Origin: a virus
Taxonomy: Duplodnaviria; Caudoviricetes
IMG/VR virus record: IMGVR_UViG_3300028591_000084
DNA: 64,000 nucleotides
Reading direction: 5' to 3' (one strand)
Shown: one piece after another, positions 28,823 through 38,846 of the stretch
How positions within the stretch are numbered: the first letter of the stretch is position 1
Layout: each line of letters starts with the position of its first letter
Notes under the pieces: generated by a model
What the model saw: only the letters and a program-made list of their open reading frames with translations
What the model was told of the DNA's origin: nothing
Database searches by the model: none
Program-made: the position numbers and the translations under genes

Positions 28823-29138
28823 ATTCATAAAGACTTTCTCTCACAATAATGAAGTATATGTAGAAAATAGATTGAGAGAAGTAATATACTTTAAGTATAA
28901 TTCAAGTGATATTAAAAGGCGAAAAGGCTTTTTAATGGACTGGGAATTAAGATATACTGATCTTGCAGAGATTGAAGTTCTTGGAATTACCTTTGTTTAC
29001 GGAAGAGAACCAGGAATTACTATAATCTTGGATACAGAAGTCAAAGAATTTAATTTTTTGCCAGATAAAATAGATGATGCGCCTCTTTGGTTAAAAGAAA
29101 AAGTTAAAGGAGTCAAAGAGGTGTGGGGAGAGGCCTAG
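28809..29138 (+). CDS. hypothetical protein
   Basis: ends in a terminator hairpin (29126-29150). Confidence 0.65.
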   Translation: MKLAEFIKTFSHNNEVYVENRLREVIYFKYNSSDIKRRKGFLMDWELRYTDLAEIEVLGITFVYGREPGITIILDTEVKEFNFLPDKIDDAPLWLKEKVKGVKEVWGEA

Positions 29139-29178
29139 GTCTTTCCCTTTATTTCTTTATTATTGAAATTAAAAATAT

Positions 29179-29421
29179 ATGAAAAAAACTATAAGAATAG
29201 AAATAGATATTGATGATAAGTATGTTGAAAAATGGAATAAAGATTTTCTAAATTATCATACTACTCTATATAAAGATGAAGAAAAAGGTAGAAAAGCATT
29301 AGAAGAAAATCCATTAGAAAAAGCAATAGCGCATCAAATTGAAGACTGGCTTGAGAATTATCAGGATGGATTATTGTGTTGTAATGCTTGTGTAGAAGAA
29401 TTAAATGAATATAACAACTAG
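29179..29421 (+). CDS. hypothetical protein
   Basis: follows a promoter motif at 29144-29166. Confidence 0.6.
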   Translation: MKKTIRIEIDIDDKYVEKWNKDFLNYHTTLYKDEEKGRKALEENPLEKAIAHQIEDWLENYQDGLLCCNACVEELNEYNN

Positions 29422-29609
29422 AATAATTATTATTTATATGAAAAATTTAAAATTTATTAGTGGTATTGTAATTGTTTTGTGATCTGTCTTCTAGGTGGGA
29501 ATGTTATTTCGCTCCTTCTAAAGGACAATAACAAAACAGAAGAGTGTATTCTTCTTATTCTAATAATCTGGTTAATATGTTGGTTATTTGATAAAATCTA
29601 TAATAAAAA

Positions 29610-29972
29610 ATGAAAGCAAAACTTCTAAAAAAGCTTAGAAAAAAATATCTAAAGCAGTATTGTGTTTATAGAGATACATATAGCGGGCGATATTATGTAA
29701 GAAGATACGGGAAGACATCTATAGGCTCTTCTTTTGGATCACCATCTGACTACCAAGAGGGTGCGATAGAAACCGTAAAAAAGCTGGTAAACAGAGATAT
29801 CCAAACTTATCTTCATGGCAAGAGATTGGGAGTCTTTAGAGTAAATCCTTGGAGTGGTGAGATTAGATACACGAAGGTTAATTTAGTGCCATTTAATTTC
29901 CTTCTTACTGCAATTATTATAGCAGTTCTATTAGTATCAAGTATTATATGGAAAGTCTTAATCTTAAAATAA
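29610..29972 (+). CDS. hypothetical protein with C-terminal TM
   Basis: MKAKLLKKLRK start; hydrophobic tail. Confidence 0.6.
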   Translation: MKAKLLKKLRKKYLKQYCVYRDTYSGRYYVRRYGKTSIGSSFGSPSDYQEGAIETVKKLVNRDIQTYLHGKRLGVFRVNPWSGEIRYTKVNLVPFNFLLTAIIIAVLLVSSIIWKVLILK

Positions 29973-30400
29973 TACCTGATTGTCTAGTTGGTAATAGAAC
30001 TTTTAATGAGGACGAACTAGACAATAATTCTTGGTGGTATTTACACGGAGAGCTAGAGAGGAGGTTTGGATATGATAAAGGTATAGCTGTGAACTGTAAG
30101 ACTGTTGGATTATCTATCCCCACTATTGACTGGTCTTCTATTGACGGGAAAGAAGTTAAGCAAGTCTTTAGTGAGAAGGATAGATGGGAACTTCATGCTA
30201 ACGGGGAAATACCGGTTGAGGTAGAAGGTGTTGATGAACCCTGCATTGGTTATTTTTGGACAACTGATCTAACACTAGTCTCTTGGAAAGGTAATAAATA
30301 TCCTTTATGGAAACAGAGAGGCTTAGTTTGTCTACTAAGCGATAAAAAAGGTTGTGAAGATGCCTTGAAAAAATATAAAGCGTCAAAGAGTCGGATTTAA
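29948..30400 (+). CDS. hypothetical protein
   Basis: followed by terminator AGTCGGA..TCCGGCT plus T-tract. Confidence 0.65.
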   Translation: MESLNLKIIPDCLVGNRTFNEDELDNNSWWYLHGELERRFGYDKGIAVNCKTVGLSIPTIDWSSIDGKEVKQVFSEKDRWELHANGEIPVEVEGVDEPCIGYFWTTDLTLVSWKGNKYPLWKQRGLVCLLSDKKGCEDALKKYKASKSRI

Positions 30401-30427
30401 TGTCCGGCTTTTTTCTTTGATCTTTAG

Positions 30428-30449
30428 CCCTTAGGATCCTTATTATTGA
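30428..30449 (+). promoter_or_regulatory. promoter motif heading the paralog array
   Basis: CCCttaggatCCTTAttatTG immediately after a terminator. Confidence 0.6.
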
Positions 30450-30520
30450 TGAATAAACAAATTTTATTGATACAGTTAAATTTAAATAGAATAAAAAATT
30501 AACACTTAGAGCATTAATTA

Positions 30521-30904
30521 ATGAACGAACCGTATGTAGATTATGAGTTAGCTAAGTTGCTAAAGGAGAAAGGATTTGATGAACCTTGTAACTACTTTTT
30601 TAAGTATAGTAGTAAAGTTATTTATTTTGGTACTGAATTTAAAAATAGTCAGATAGGTGAACTATTCTTTAATGCTCCTACAATACGTGATGCTTTAAAG
30701 TGGCTAAAAAAGAAATATGGGATCTATGCATCTCCAATAGAACAGGGTAATAGTGACGAACCCCCTACTGGACAATATACATGGTGTGTATCAAAGGATA
30801 GTGTAATCTATAGAAATCACACCGTCTCTGAGAAATTAACCTGGGCAGACGCTGGTAAGGAGGCTTTAAAGTTTGCATTAATAAATGTTGTAAAAGCTTT
30901 ATGA
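30521..30904 (+). CDS. family B paralog (YV..E.AKLLKEKGF...PT....KWL)
   Basis: shared with 33073, 37433, 50743. Confidence 0.75.
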   Translation: MNEPYVDYELAKLLKEKGFDEPCNYFFKYSSKVIYFGTEFKNSQIGELFFNAPTIRDALKWLKKKYGIYASPIEQGNSDEPPTGQYTWCVSKDSVIYRNHTVSEKLTWADAGKEALKFALINVVKAL

Positions 30905-31287
30905 TAAATTTAGAAAAACTATTTTGTGATCTAATAAGGTATAGTGAAAGCGATTCTAAATGGCACAGCATTGTTATGAAGGCCTTAAGAGAACAGGGTC
31001 TAGATTGGAATGGCAGTGAGATCATAAAGGCTTCTCCTTATCCAGATCCAAAAATTAATAAGTGGTATGTCTGTCTTAGGAATTTTCATATTGGAACAAG
31101 TTTAGTATTTGTAAAAGGAGAGTGCTATAGATGCCCTGAATCCTGGTCTATGCTGGATAAGTGTAATAGGAGAATAGGGTTTAGTAAGGACAGTTTCTAT
31201 AAAGTTTTTCGCCTTGCAACTAATAATGAAATTCCAACAGAAGCACAATTTTCAGATAGCAGCTATCATAAGTCTTTTCAGCTATAA
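30901..31287 (+). CDS. hypothetical protein with a KWY.C..F...F.K..Y.C module also present in 42464
   Basis: KWYVCLRNF versus KWYQCTKDF. Confidence 0.65.
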   Translation: MINLEKLFCDLIRYSESDSKWHSIVMKALREQGLDWNGSEIIKASPYPDPKINKWYVCLRNFHIGTSLVFVKGECYRCPESWSMLDKCNRRIGFSKDSFYKVFRLATNNEIPTEAQFSDSSYHKSFQL

Positions 31288-31308
31288 ATTCTTTAAATTT
31301 TACTATAC

Positions 31309-31746
31309 ATGGAATATGATGAAGTGCAGTTATTATTGACTGATCTTTGTTGCAGACAACCTTTTAATGTTAAGATAGCCTATGTCGGTAATGAACTGAT
31401 TAATGGATCTCTCATAGGCATTACAGGGGAACAAGTTACAATGTTTAGTAGTGGGAGGACGACCTTTAATGTCAGGGATGTTAGACCTTATCTTCGTCCA
31501 TTTTCTTCAATGACCGAGGAGGAGTTTAAATCTCTTACAGAAACCACTGGTCTTATATATGACCAACTAGAACTTATGAGATTTGATGATTGCGCAACAT
31601 TGGAATTTTGGCTTGAAGAAATTCCATCTTATGTTGTAATCAAGGTGTTTGATTGGCTCAACAAGAACCACTTTGATTTTCGCGGATTAATTGAGCGTAA
31701 ATTAGCCATCAAAGTAACAAAAGAAAATAATCCTTATGAAAATTAA
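31309..31746 (+). CDS. family A paralog (divergent)
   Basis: LLL.DLC.R.P, PYLRPFSSMTEEE, DWLNKNHFDFRGLI. Confidence 0.75.
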   Translation: MEYDEVQLLLTDLCCRQPFNVKIAYVGNELINGSLIGITGEQVTMFSSGRTTFNVRDVRPYLRPFSSMTEEEFKSLTETTGLIYDQLELMRFDDCATLEFWLEEIPSYVVIKVFDWLNKNHFDFRGLIERKLAIKVTKENNPYEN

Positions 31747-31910
31747 AACAAAACTCTGTGAAGGTGAAAAAGAATTAGAAGATTTCCTAAATAATGAGAT
31801 TGATTATGGAGGTTTTCGTGAAGAAAGTATTATATTAGGTATAACACAAGATAGAATGTTTTATACAGTAATATATAAAGATTATAAAAACTAAAATTCA
31901 TGCAGCAATT

Positions 31911-32165
31911 ATGATTTACCTATATAGATTTTTGTGGGTGATGTTTTACATTCCGGTTATTGTCTTTACATTTTTAATATTTATATTAAGCATTCCTATA
32001 TTTGCGCTTGTCCGTTTGTTTTACTTTATAAAAACAGGCGACGAGGATTGTACCCCAGATGAACCTATTCCCTTTGAACTAGTAGCGCTAATTTTTAGTT
32101 GGTATACTAATATATTAGAGAAAATAGAAGAAAAATATGAAAACAAAAATTTACACTTCAGTTGA
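31911..32165 (+). CDS. small membrane protein
   Basis: hydrophobic N-terminus. Confidence 0.55.
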   Translation: MIYLYRFLWVMFYIPVIVFTFLIFILSIPIFALVRLFYFIKTGDEDCTPDEPIPFELVALIFSWYTNILEKIEEKYENKNLHFS

Positions 32166-32499
32166 ACAATCCAAGAAACTAATTAAGTTAGGTTTGGATC
32201 CTAATACCGCTGATATGTATTATTATACAGTCAATGGGGATTTATATAAAACACCTAATATAATAGAGAGTGAAGATGATCTATGCGCGGATGTAAACTC
32301 TATTCCTGCATGGACTCTTCCTGCTTTATTGAATATTATTGCTGACGTAAACTGTATCAGGCTAGGTACGAACGATGCAGCAGCCTGGCAATGCAAACTA
32401 AATCTTGGGGAAAGAGACCATCATAATACAACACAATACAACAACCCTCTTGATGCAGCATTTGAAATGGTTTGTTGGTTAAAAGAGAATAAATTATGA
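32137..32499 (+). CDS. family C paralog (divergent)
   Basis: YTS.EQSKKL...ADM, IPAWTL.ALL, NPLDAAFEM. Confidence 0.75.
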   Translation: MKTKIYTSVEQSKKLIKLGLDPNTADMYYYTVNGDLYKTPNIIESEDDLCADVNSIPAWTLPALLNIIADVNCIRLGTNDAAAWQCKLNLGERDHHNTTQYNNPLDAAFEMVCWLKENKL

Positions 32500-32924
32500 C
32501 ACAAGAAGGTAAACAACTATTATTAGAGGATCTTAGTGCAAGATTACCTTATGAAGTAAAAGTAACGTGGGATGACAAACATCCGTTAACAATTACACCT
32601 CATATTTATTGTGCAATAGTAAGTGAAGATAATATAAAGAATCTCCCAAAATTATTACTTCGTCCACTATCTTCAATGACAAAGGAAGAATCTAAAGAAT
32701 TTGAAAGCATATGGAATAGTGGATTTGAAAAGGCACTTGATGCACAGGTTTCTAACTGTGATGATAACGTTGTTAGAAATTTAGAAATTATTGCCTCGTC
32801 TAAAGCTATTGATTGGCTTAATAAGAAAATGTTTGCCTATCGTACTATTGATGGTAAGGATATGTTTGAGTTAGGACTTGCTATTGAAGCACTAGACGGC
32901 ATGTACAATATAAAAGAGAAATGA
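32496..32924 (+). CDS. family A paralog
   Basis: MTQE..LLL.DLSARLPY, LRPLSSMT, DWLNKKMFAYRT, GLAIEA..GMY. Confidence 0.8.
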   Translation: MTQEGKQLLLEDLSARLPYEVKVTWDDKHPLTITPHIYCAIVSEDNIKNLPKLLLRPLSSMTKEESKEFESIWNSGFEKALDAQVSNCDDNVVRNLEIIASSKAIDWLNKKMFAYRTIDGKDMFELGLAIEALDGMYNIKEK

Positions 32925-33072
32925 CTGCGAAGTTTCATGTTGGAGATGTTATAAGCTGGGGCGCTAGTAGGTTTGTTCCTATTATCAGTATTGAATATGG
33001 TTCTTATGTTACACCCTACGGAAGAGTATCCTCTATTTATGACAGTAGAATTACACTAAAGGAGAAATAATT

Positions 33073-33456
33073 GTGGCAACAATTGCAGAAGATTACGTTA
33101 GTTTTGAAACAGCAAAATTGTTGAAAGAAAAAGGGTTTGATGAATCATGTTATCAAAAATACGATGATGAAGGATATTTATCTTTTAATCATGTAGGATA
33201 TATTAATAGTGACAAACCTCGTGATGATTTTTATGCATTAGCTCCAACTCTTCAGATGGCAATGAAGTGGCTGAGAGATGTATATAATATAAATATTGAT
33301 ATTGTATCAATCTGGAATCAGAAGCGATTTGAATATCAGGTTTTTGTTGTTACTCCTGAAAATGCTAAACATTGCTATGTAGATGACAAATTGTATCTTG
33401 GCTACGAAGAAGCCTGTGAAGAAGCAATTAAATATTGTCTTAAAAATTTAATTTGA
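33073..33456 (+). CDS. family B paralog
   Basis: EDYVSFETAKLLKEKGF, PTLQMAMKWLR, YEEACE.AI.YCL.NLI. Confidence 0.8.
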   Translation: MATIAEDYVSFETAKLLKEKGFDESCYQKYDDEGYLSFNHVGYINSDKPRDDFYALAPTLQMAMKWLRDVYNINIDIVSIWNQKRFEYQVFVVTPENAKHCYVDDKLYLGYEEACEEAIKYCLKNLI

Positions 33457-33624
33457 ATAATTATGGGAGCAGAAATATCTGTTTCGGCACATAATACACA
33501 TTCTTGCACAAAACCTAAAAATATAAAGACGATGGATTGTTGTAAGACGTGTACTTCAAGACAGCCTAATATGAATTGTAAGTTTTTAAAGATAGAAACT
33601 GTTTATCTTAAAGATTAAATAACT

Positions 33625-33770
33625 ATGACAACAATTAAAAGAACTATAGAAGAAAAATAGAAATATTTAAAAAACAATGTCGACTCCTTGAATACAATGC
33701 TGAAATGTTAGTAAGTGACAAATATGATATTGAACCAGTTATTAAAATGAGTAACTATGGCAACAATTAA
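33625..33770 (+). pseudogene. small ORF frameshifted in an A5 run (MTTIKRTIEEK/IEIFKKQCRLL...)
   Basis: adding one A at 33653-57 joins the two frames. Confidence 0.35.
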
Positions 33771-33939
33771 ATCACTCATAATAATTTGCTATCTACTGTC
33801 ATTGATAATATGTATTATTTCCCAAATACACTATCATGACCATGACATTGATTTTGTTGACATATTTGCAGGGATATGTCCTGTTTTAAATTCGATTTGT
33901 GCAATTGTTTATATTTATAATTTTATACAAGAAAGATGA
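33757..33939 (+). CDS. small membrane protein with MATIK start
   Basis: 2 TM; ATGGCAACAATTAAATCA start shared with family C gene 51594. Confidence 0.6.
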   Translation: MATIKSLIIICYLLSLIICIISQIHYHDHDIDFVDIFAGICPVLNSICAIVYIYNFIQER

Positions 33940-34328
33940 AAGTAAGTGTAAATAACAAATGCAAGGCTTTCACATCTTTGGAACAAAGTCGCGAGTTGGC
34001 AAAGATCCTGCCGCTTGAGAGTGCGGATATGCATTATATTAAGCATCCTATTGAAAAGTACTATAGCCCTATACCACTTATAGGTAAGTACTTTAAAATA
34101 CAAGATGAAATGCCTTGTTGGAGCCTTGCGACATTGATTAATATTTTACCTCGATCCATAGAATTTAAAGGTGATGAGTATTATCTCAAATTTATGAAAG
34201 AATATGTCGAATACGCTAATGATGAAGTATCTATTACTGGTAGGTGTTTACATACCACAGGCAATAACAACCTTGTTGATGCTTGTGTTGAAATGATTAT
34301 TAAGTTGCACGAAAAGAGTTTGTTATGA
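33936..34328 (+). CDS. family C paralog
   Basis: LEQS..LA.ILP.ESADM, PCWSLA.L, NLVDAC.EMI.KLHE. Confidence 0.8.
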   Translation: MKVSVNNKCKAFTSLEQSRELAKILPLESADMHYIKHPIEKYYSPIPLIGKYFKIQDEMPCWSLATLINILPRSIEFKGDEYYLKFMKEYVEYANDEVSITGRCLHTTGNNNLVDACVEMIIKLHEKSLL

Positions 34329-34750
34329 AAAGTTATACAGATCTAGAACAGTCAAAGAAGTTGGCAGAGATATTGCCAATAGAAAGTGCGGATATGGTAT
34401 ATCTTAGATGTGATTTTGAAGATGAGGATGAATATAGTATTCTTGTTGGTTCGTATCATGAAGGATATGCAGAAAGAGAAGACGGAACCATAGTTCCTGT
34501 CTTTGATGAGCACATTCCTGCTTGGAGCCTTGCTGCATTACTTAATGTTTTACCTCTCAATCTTATTGTAAATAATCATAACTACGCATTTAGTATGGTA
34601 AAGGGTTTGAATAAAAATGGTGAAACCTATGCAATTAAATACGCTATATTTAATACAACCTTTTATTTTCACCTGACAGAATTTTATAATAATCCAGTTG
34701 ATGCTTGTGTGGCTATGATTGAGAAATTACACGAAAGGAATTTGTTATGA
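34325..34750 (+). CDS. family C paralog
   Basis: same conserved blocks. Confidence 0.8.
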   Translation: MKSYTDLEQSKKLAEILPIESADMVYLRCDFEDEDEYSILVGSYHEGYAEREDGTIVPVFDEHIPAWSLAALLNVLPLNLIVNNHNYAFSMVKGLNKNGETYAIKYAIFNTTFYFHLTEFYNNPVDACVAMIEKLHERNLL

Positions 34751-34869
34751 CACAAGAAAATAAAAAACTATTGCTGCAAATAAGACTAAAGGCAATGCTG
34801 ATAGCAGCAACAATAGGAATTGGGATTGTGTTATTTCTTATAAGTATTGCTTATTTTTTTACGGAATAA
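34747..34869 (+). CDS. 40-aa chimera: family A start (MTQENKKLLLQ) fused to a TM segment
   Basis: translated by hand; ATGA overlap with the upstream gene. Confidence 0.45.
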   Translation: MTQENKKLLLQIRLKAMLIAATIGIGIVLFLISIAYFFTE

Positions 34870-34881
34870 TTACTTGGTGTA

Positions 34882-35226
34882 GTGATGGACAAAGTAGAAA
34901 AAATTAAAGCGGAGATTGAGGTACGTTATAATGAATGCCTGAAACGGGCTAAAATAATTGATGCTGAATATTGGAATGGCAAGGCTGATGCTTATCGTGA
35001 TATGTTGGTTGTTCTCGACACCCTTGAAGTGAAAGAGGTAGATTTGAAATTAGAAAATGAAAATAACAGCCCCAAGATTACTATTGGAACTAAAATCCGT
35101 TCAAAGACAAACCCAGATGTAATTCTGAGTATCATTTCTGATGATTGTCACGAGGATGAGTTTGAGTGTTCGAACGGTAGCGTATTATCATTAAAACAAA
35201 TTGAAAAATACTATGACCTCGTTTGA
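34882..35226 (+). CDS. family E paralog (near-identical C-terminal half to 49693)
   Basis: MDKVEKIKAEIE...IRSKTNPDVILSIISDDCH.DEFECSNGSVLSLKQIEKYYDL. Confidence 0.75.
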   Translation: MMDKVEKIKAEIEVRYNECLKRAKIIDAEYWNGKADAYRDMLVVLDTLEVKEVDLKLENENNSPKITIGTKIRSKTNPDVILSIISDDCHEDEFECSNGSVLSLKQIEKYYDLV

Positions 35227-35250
35227 AAAAAAAATTATGACACAAAATAT

Positions 35251-35592
35251 ATGAAGATAGATTATAAAATAGGCGATTGGGTTGAGACTTGTGATTGGTA
35301 TCCGGCCATTGTTCAGAAAATTGATAGGGATAATGATAGTGTTGAACTGTTTTATCCGAGCAAGGCCTTTGATAATGAAGATAATCCTAACAAAACGTAT
35401 CGAGGTGGAAGTTTATGCTCTATTGAAAATTGTGGGGTTCATAAAATTACGCCTGAATACGCCTCTATGTTAATGTCTTTAAGTTTAGAAAAATTAAAGG
35501 ACTTATGGGAAACCTCAAATACGGTAGAGGAGTATGAAAACAAAGTTAGGGAAGAGTACGAAAAGGGACTTAACCAAAACAACCTTACATGA
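35251..35592 (+). CDS. hypothetical protein
   Basis: array ORF. Confidence 0.6.
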   Translation: MKIDYKIGDWVETCDWYPAIVQKIDRDNDSVELFYPSKAFDNEDNPNKTYRGGSLCSIENCGVHKITPEYASMLMSLSLEKLKDLWETSNTVEEYENKVREEYEKGLNQNNLT

Positions 35593-35596
35593 ATTA

Positions 35597-35821
35597 ATGA
35601 TGACTAAAAAATATATAAAACCGAGGGTTGAGATCCTAGATTGTAATATAAAGAATATTATATGTGGATCTTGTGAAGACATAGATTGTGGATCTTGTGA
35701 AGACATAGATAACAGAGAAAATGATTATAGATGTGGAGGTGATTGTAAGTTCTGGCATTTCTGTTTAGATAGAGAATGGTATCGTCATTGTTCTGATAAA
35801 GAACTAAAACAATATAGGTAA
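35597..35821 (+). CDS. Cys-rich peptide with a KKYIKP..E leader-like N-terminus
   Basis: MMTKKYIKPRVEILDCNIKNIICGS; probable start at 35597/35600. Confidence 0.55.
   Translation: MMTKKYIKPRVEILDCNIKNIICGSCEDIDCGSCEDIDNRENDYRCGGDCKFWHFCLDREWYRHCSDKELKQYR
35663..35710 (+). repeat. perfect 24-bp tandem duplication (CGSCEDID x2)
   Basis: TGTGGATCTTGTGAAGACATAGAT occurs twice. Confidence 0.9.
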
Positions 35822-35914
35822 TTATGACAATTCTTGGCTCTGAAAGAATGTTGTAATTTGTTCTTTCATTCTATGTTTTGTTGTAGTAGAAATTATTAAA
35901 ATTTATTAAAGAAA

Positions 35915-37006
35915 ATGAAAAAAGACACAAATAGATTGAGATTAGCGAAAAAGGCTTTAGAGTCAGGATCCTACGATAGAAAAACTATTGAATATATCTT
36001 TCCTGAACTTAAAGAATCCGAGGATGAGAGGATAAGAAATGGGCTTATAGGGTACTTTCGAGCAGGTAAATGTGAAAATATTAGTAGTTATCATGGTATT
36101 TCTACTAATGATATTCTTGCTTGGCTTGAAAAGCAAAGTGAACATGCTAATTTTAGAGACAAAATTCAGATTGGTGACAAAGTGACACGTAATGAAGATG
36201 GTATGCTTGTTAAAAGAATAGCAAAGAAAGATGAAAAGCAAGACGAACAGGAGCCAGCTGATGAGGCTAAACCTAAGTTTAAAGTTGGGGACTGGGTAAT
36301 AGATAAGAATGGAATAGTTAAACAAATATTATCCTATAAGGATTGTATATATAAGCACACAGACGGCTATTCTTCAAAAATGTTTGAAGATGAGTGGAGG
36401 TTATGGGACATTACCAAAGATGCAAAGGAAGGTGATATACTTATCCATAATGAATGTACCTTCATATTTATGGGCATCAAAGATGGTATAGTACAGGCTT
36501 TGGAAGAAAACCTCTTAGATGGTACAAATCCTGTACCTTTTGGCGAGCCAAGTAAAGGCAAAGATTATTATTATCCCGCAATCAAAGAACAGCGCGATGC
36601 TCTGATTAAAGCAATGGCTGATGCAGGATATACTTTCGATTTTGAGAAAAGAGAATTGAAGAAGATTGAGCAGAAGCATACTCCTAAACATAAAGTTGGC
36701 GACACTATTTACTATAACTCATTTGGAGAGGTTAAAAGTATGATTGTAGCTAATATTGTTACAGATAATACAGACAACCCAATGTACGAAGACGAAAATG
36801 GCAGTGCCGTATTTGAGAAAGACCTTGTTGAGCAAAAACCTACTTGGAGTGAAGAAGATGAACAGTTCCTCCTTGTGTGTAAAAATGCTTTGGCTAAATA
36901 CCAAGTTTCAGATAAATGGGATGCAAGTATTATTTCACAATGGTTAGAAAATAGGCTCAAACCTTTACGCTTTCAATCCTCTACTAACACAGGAGAAACT
37001 CATTGA
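35915..37006 (+). CDS. family D mosaic protein
   Basis: FPELKESEDE.IR, WLEKQ, PKFKVGDWV, WDITKDAK, KAMADAGYTFDFEK, W.EEDE modules. Confidence 0.8.
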   Translation: MKKDTNRLRLAKKALESGSYDRKTIEYIFPELKESEDERIRNGLIGYFRAGKCENISSYHGISTNDILAWLEKQSEHANFRDKIQIGDKVTRNEDGMLVKRIAKKDEKQDEQEPADEAKPKFKVGDWVIDKNGIVKQILSYKDCIYKHTDGYSSKMFEDEWRLWDITKDAKEGDILIHNECTFIFMGIKDGIVQALEENLLDGTNPVPFGEPSKGKDYYYPAIKEQRDALIKAMADAGYTFDFEKRELKKIEQKHTPKHKVGDTIYYNSFGEVKSMIVANIVTDNTDNPMYEDENGSAVFEKDLVEQKPTWSEEDEQFLLVCKNALAKYQVSDKWDASIISQWLENRLKPLRFQSSTNTGETH

Positions 37007-37063
37007 AGAATATTTCGGGCGCCATCTTAAAAACACAGAAATTCAATAAAGGAGAAATAGACT

Positions 37064-37399
37064 ATGTTCAACAGGTATTTCATTGGTGGAGACACTAAAA
37101 ATCAGAAATGTGAAGTTAATCTGAATCAACCATCAACAGGCTTTATTCAGAAATCAAACCCCGTAAGTAGGTTTATTCGTTTTCAGCGTGGTTCTAAAAT
37201 AGAGGAGCAATTGTTTCCGACAGATCCGCGGAATAAACCCCATCTTACTTATGTAGAGAATCAATTTGATGTAGATCATGGCGACATTAGTAGGTACTAT
37301 GATGTCACTAAAGAAGAGGAAGTTATAGTACTTCAAGTGTGTATTTTTGGGCAAGATTATATGTTGGCAGAATATGTGTTTGTAAAAGACATTAAATAG
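37064..37399 (+). CDS. hypothetical protein
   Basis: array ORF. Confidence 0.6.
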   Translation: MFNRYFIGGDTKNQKCEVNLNQPSTGFIQKSNPVSRFIRFQRGSKIEEQLFPTDPRNKPHLTYVENQFDVDHGDISRYYDVTKEEEVIVLQVCIFGQDYMLAEYVFVKDIK

Positions 37400-37432
37400 A
37401 TTAGTGAAAGCGGTTTAATCAAAACAACTAAT

Positions 37433-37765
37433 ATGGTAAAAGAAGCATACGTTAGCTCTGAAATACAAAAGCTGTTATTAGAGAAAGGCTTTAATGTTGA
37501 TGAGTATGAAGTTCATTATATTTCAACAGACCGCTCCGAATTTAATATCACCCATCAAATGGCTATGAGGTGGTTGAGAGAAAAGAAGGGGTTGTTTATT
37601 GAAATATGCTGTGACGATTTGGACTATGACTGGCAAATATTTGATGTTTGGCATAGAGACTCAAACGGAGATCCTACCGTAAAATCAGAATCATACGGAG
37701 GCTACAGTGAATATGAGAAAGCCATAGAGACAGCACTAATGTTTCTGCTTAAATTCTTGATTTGA
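37433..37765 (+). CDS. family B paralog
   Basis: EAYVS.E..KLL.EKGF, THQMAMRWLRE, YEKAIE. Confidence 0.75.
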   Translation: MVKEAYVSSEIQKLLLEKGFNVDEYEVHYISTDRSEFNITHQMAMRWLREKKGLFIEICCDDLDYDWQIFDVWHRDSNGDPTVKSESYGGYSEYEKAIETALMFLLKFLI

Positions 37766-38145
37766 TTATGTTATTAATAATTTGGGTAGGTTTAATTACT
37801 AGTTGTCTTATTATTCTTCTTATAGTAGAGTATTTAGATGCTAAGAAGAACAAAGAAAAGATTGAACGTCTTCATGATAATACCCCTGTCATATTATTTA
37901 CTGAAGATAACGTTCTTCATTGGAGAACTAGCATGTCAAAAGATCTGGGTGAGTTAAGGGAGGCTAAAAAAGATGGAGTCTATCTTAATGGCAAGTCGGT
38001 CTCAGAAGGGCCTCACTATAGAAAAATATTAGTCTTAAATCCAAAAGAACTGGAAGGATGGGCTAAAAAATTTAAAACTGTGAGAGATATTAAAGAGTGG
38101 TATAGAATACAGGCTAATATCCTAAAAGAAGCAGAAAACCTGTAA
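37762..38145 (+). CDS. membrane-anchored hypothetical protein
   Basis: N-terminal TM. Confidence 0.6.
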   Translation: MIMLLIIWVGLITSCLIILLIVEYLDAKKNKEKIERLHDNTPVILFTEDNVLHWRTSMSKDLGELREAKKDGVYLNGKSVSEGPHYRKILVLNPKELEGWAKKFKTVRDIKEWYRIQANILKEAENL

Positions 38146-38361
38146 TGAAAAAAGATTTGGTATGAAAACAGTGAACCGCCAACAAAAGATAAATTCGGTT
38201 GTCTCATTAATCTTGGAGGAGATAATTACCGTGATTTCGAGGTTGTGCTGTATGATGCCAAAGATCAATGTTTTACTACTGCTCTGCATCCTTATTGTAC
38301 TATAACGGATGATGAAGAGAACCAACGTGATAGGATCCTACTAAACGAAATTAAAAAGTAG
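38145..38361 (+). pseudogene. ORF with +1 frameshift in an A6 run right after the ATG (MKKIWYENSEPP...)
   Basis: removing one A at 38148-53 gives an open frame of about 70 aa; TAATG overlap with the previous gene. Confidence 0.45.
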
Positions 38362-38392
38362 AAGACCTATTAAAACAATGATATATGAATGA

Positions 38393-38451
38393 AGAGAGTA
38401 ATTTAAACTCTCTTTTTCTTTTTTATTAGCCCATAGAATCCTTACTTATGA
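38393..38451 (+). promoter_or_regulatory. terminator followed by promoter motif
   Basis: AGAGAGT-aattta-AACTCTCT plus T-tract, then CCCatagaatCCTTActtaTG. Confidence 0.6.
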
Positions 38452-38846
38452 ATATGAATTACGAAAAAGATTTTAAGTATGGAATTATTGATGGCTTTAA
38501 TGTAATGCTGTTTAATGAAACAGAACATGAAGCAACAGTATCAACGTCAGATTTTCTAATAAATGTAAAAATTAAAATGGAAAATAGTGGCGTTATTAAT
38601 ATACAGGCAAATCGGATTATCTATGACTTCTATGACCCTAGTAGAGAACGAAGAATTTTTGAAAAAGATTGGATACACCAGCCTCACCCAAGACTAATAC
38701 ACAAGGGTAAACGTTGGTGGAAGGTATTAACAGGAAGCAAAGAGACCGAGCGCTTTGTATATAGTGGTTATGTTAGAAGTACAGAAACAGAATCTGTACA
38801 ATACATACTACCAAGTAATAAATATACAATTACTATATATGACTGA
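38448..38846 (+). CDS. hypothetical protein
   Basis: first gene after the promoter. Confidence 0.65.
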   Translation: MNMNYEKDFKYGIIDGFNVMLFNETEHEATVSTSDFLINVKIKMENSGVINIQANRIIYDFYDPSRERRIFEKDWIHQPHPRLIHKGKRWWKVLTGSKETERFVYSGYVRSTETESVQYILPSNKYTITIYD

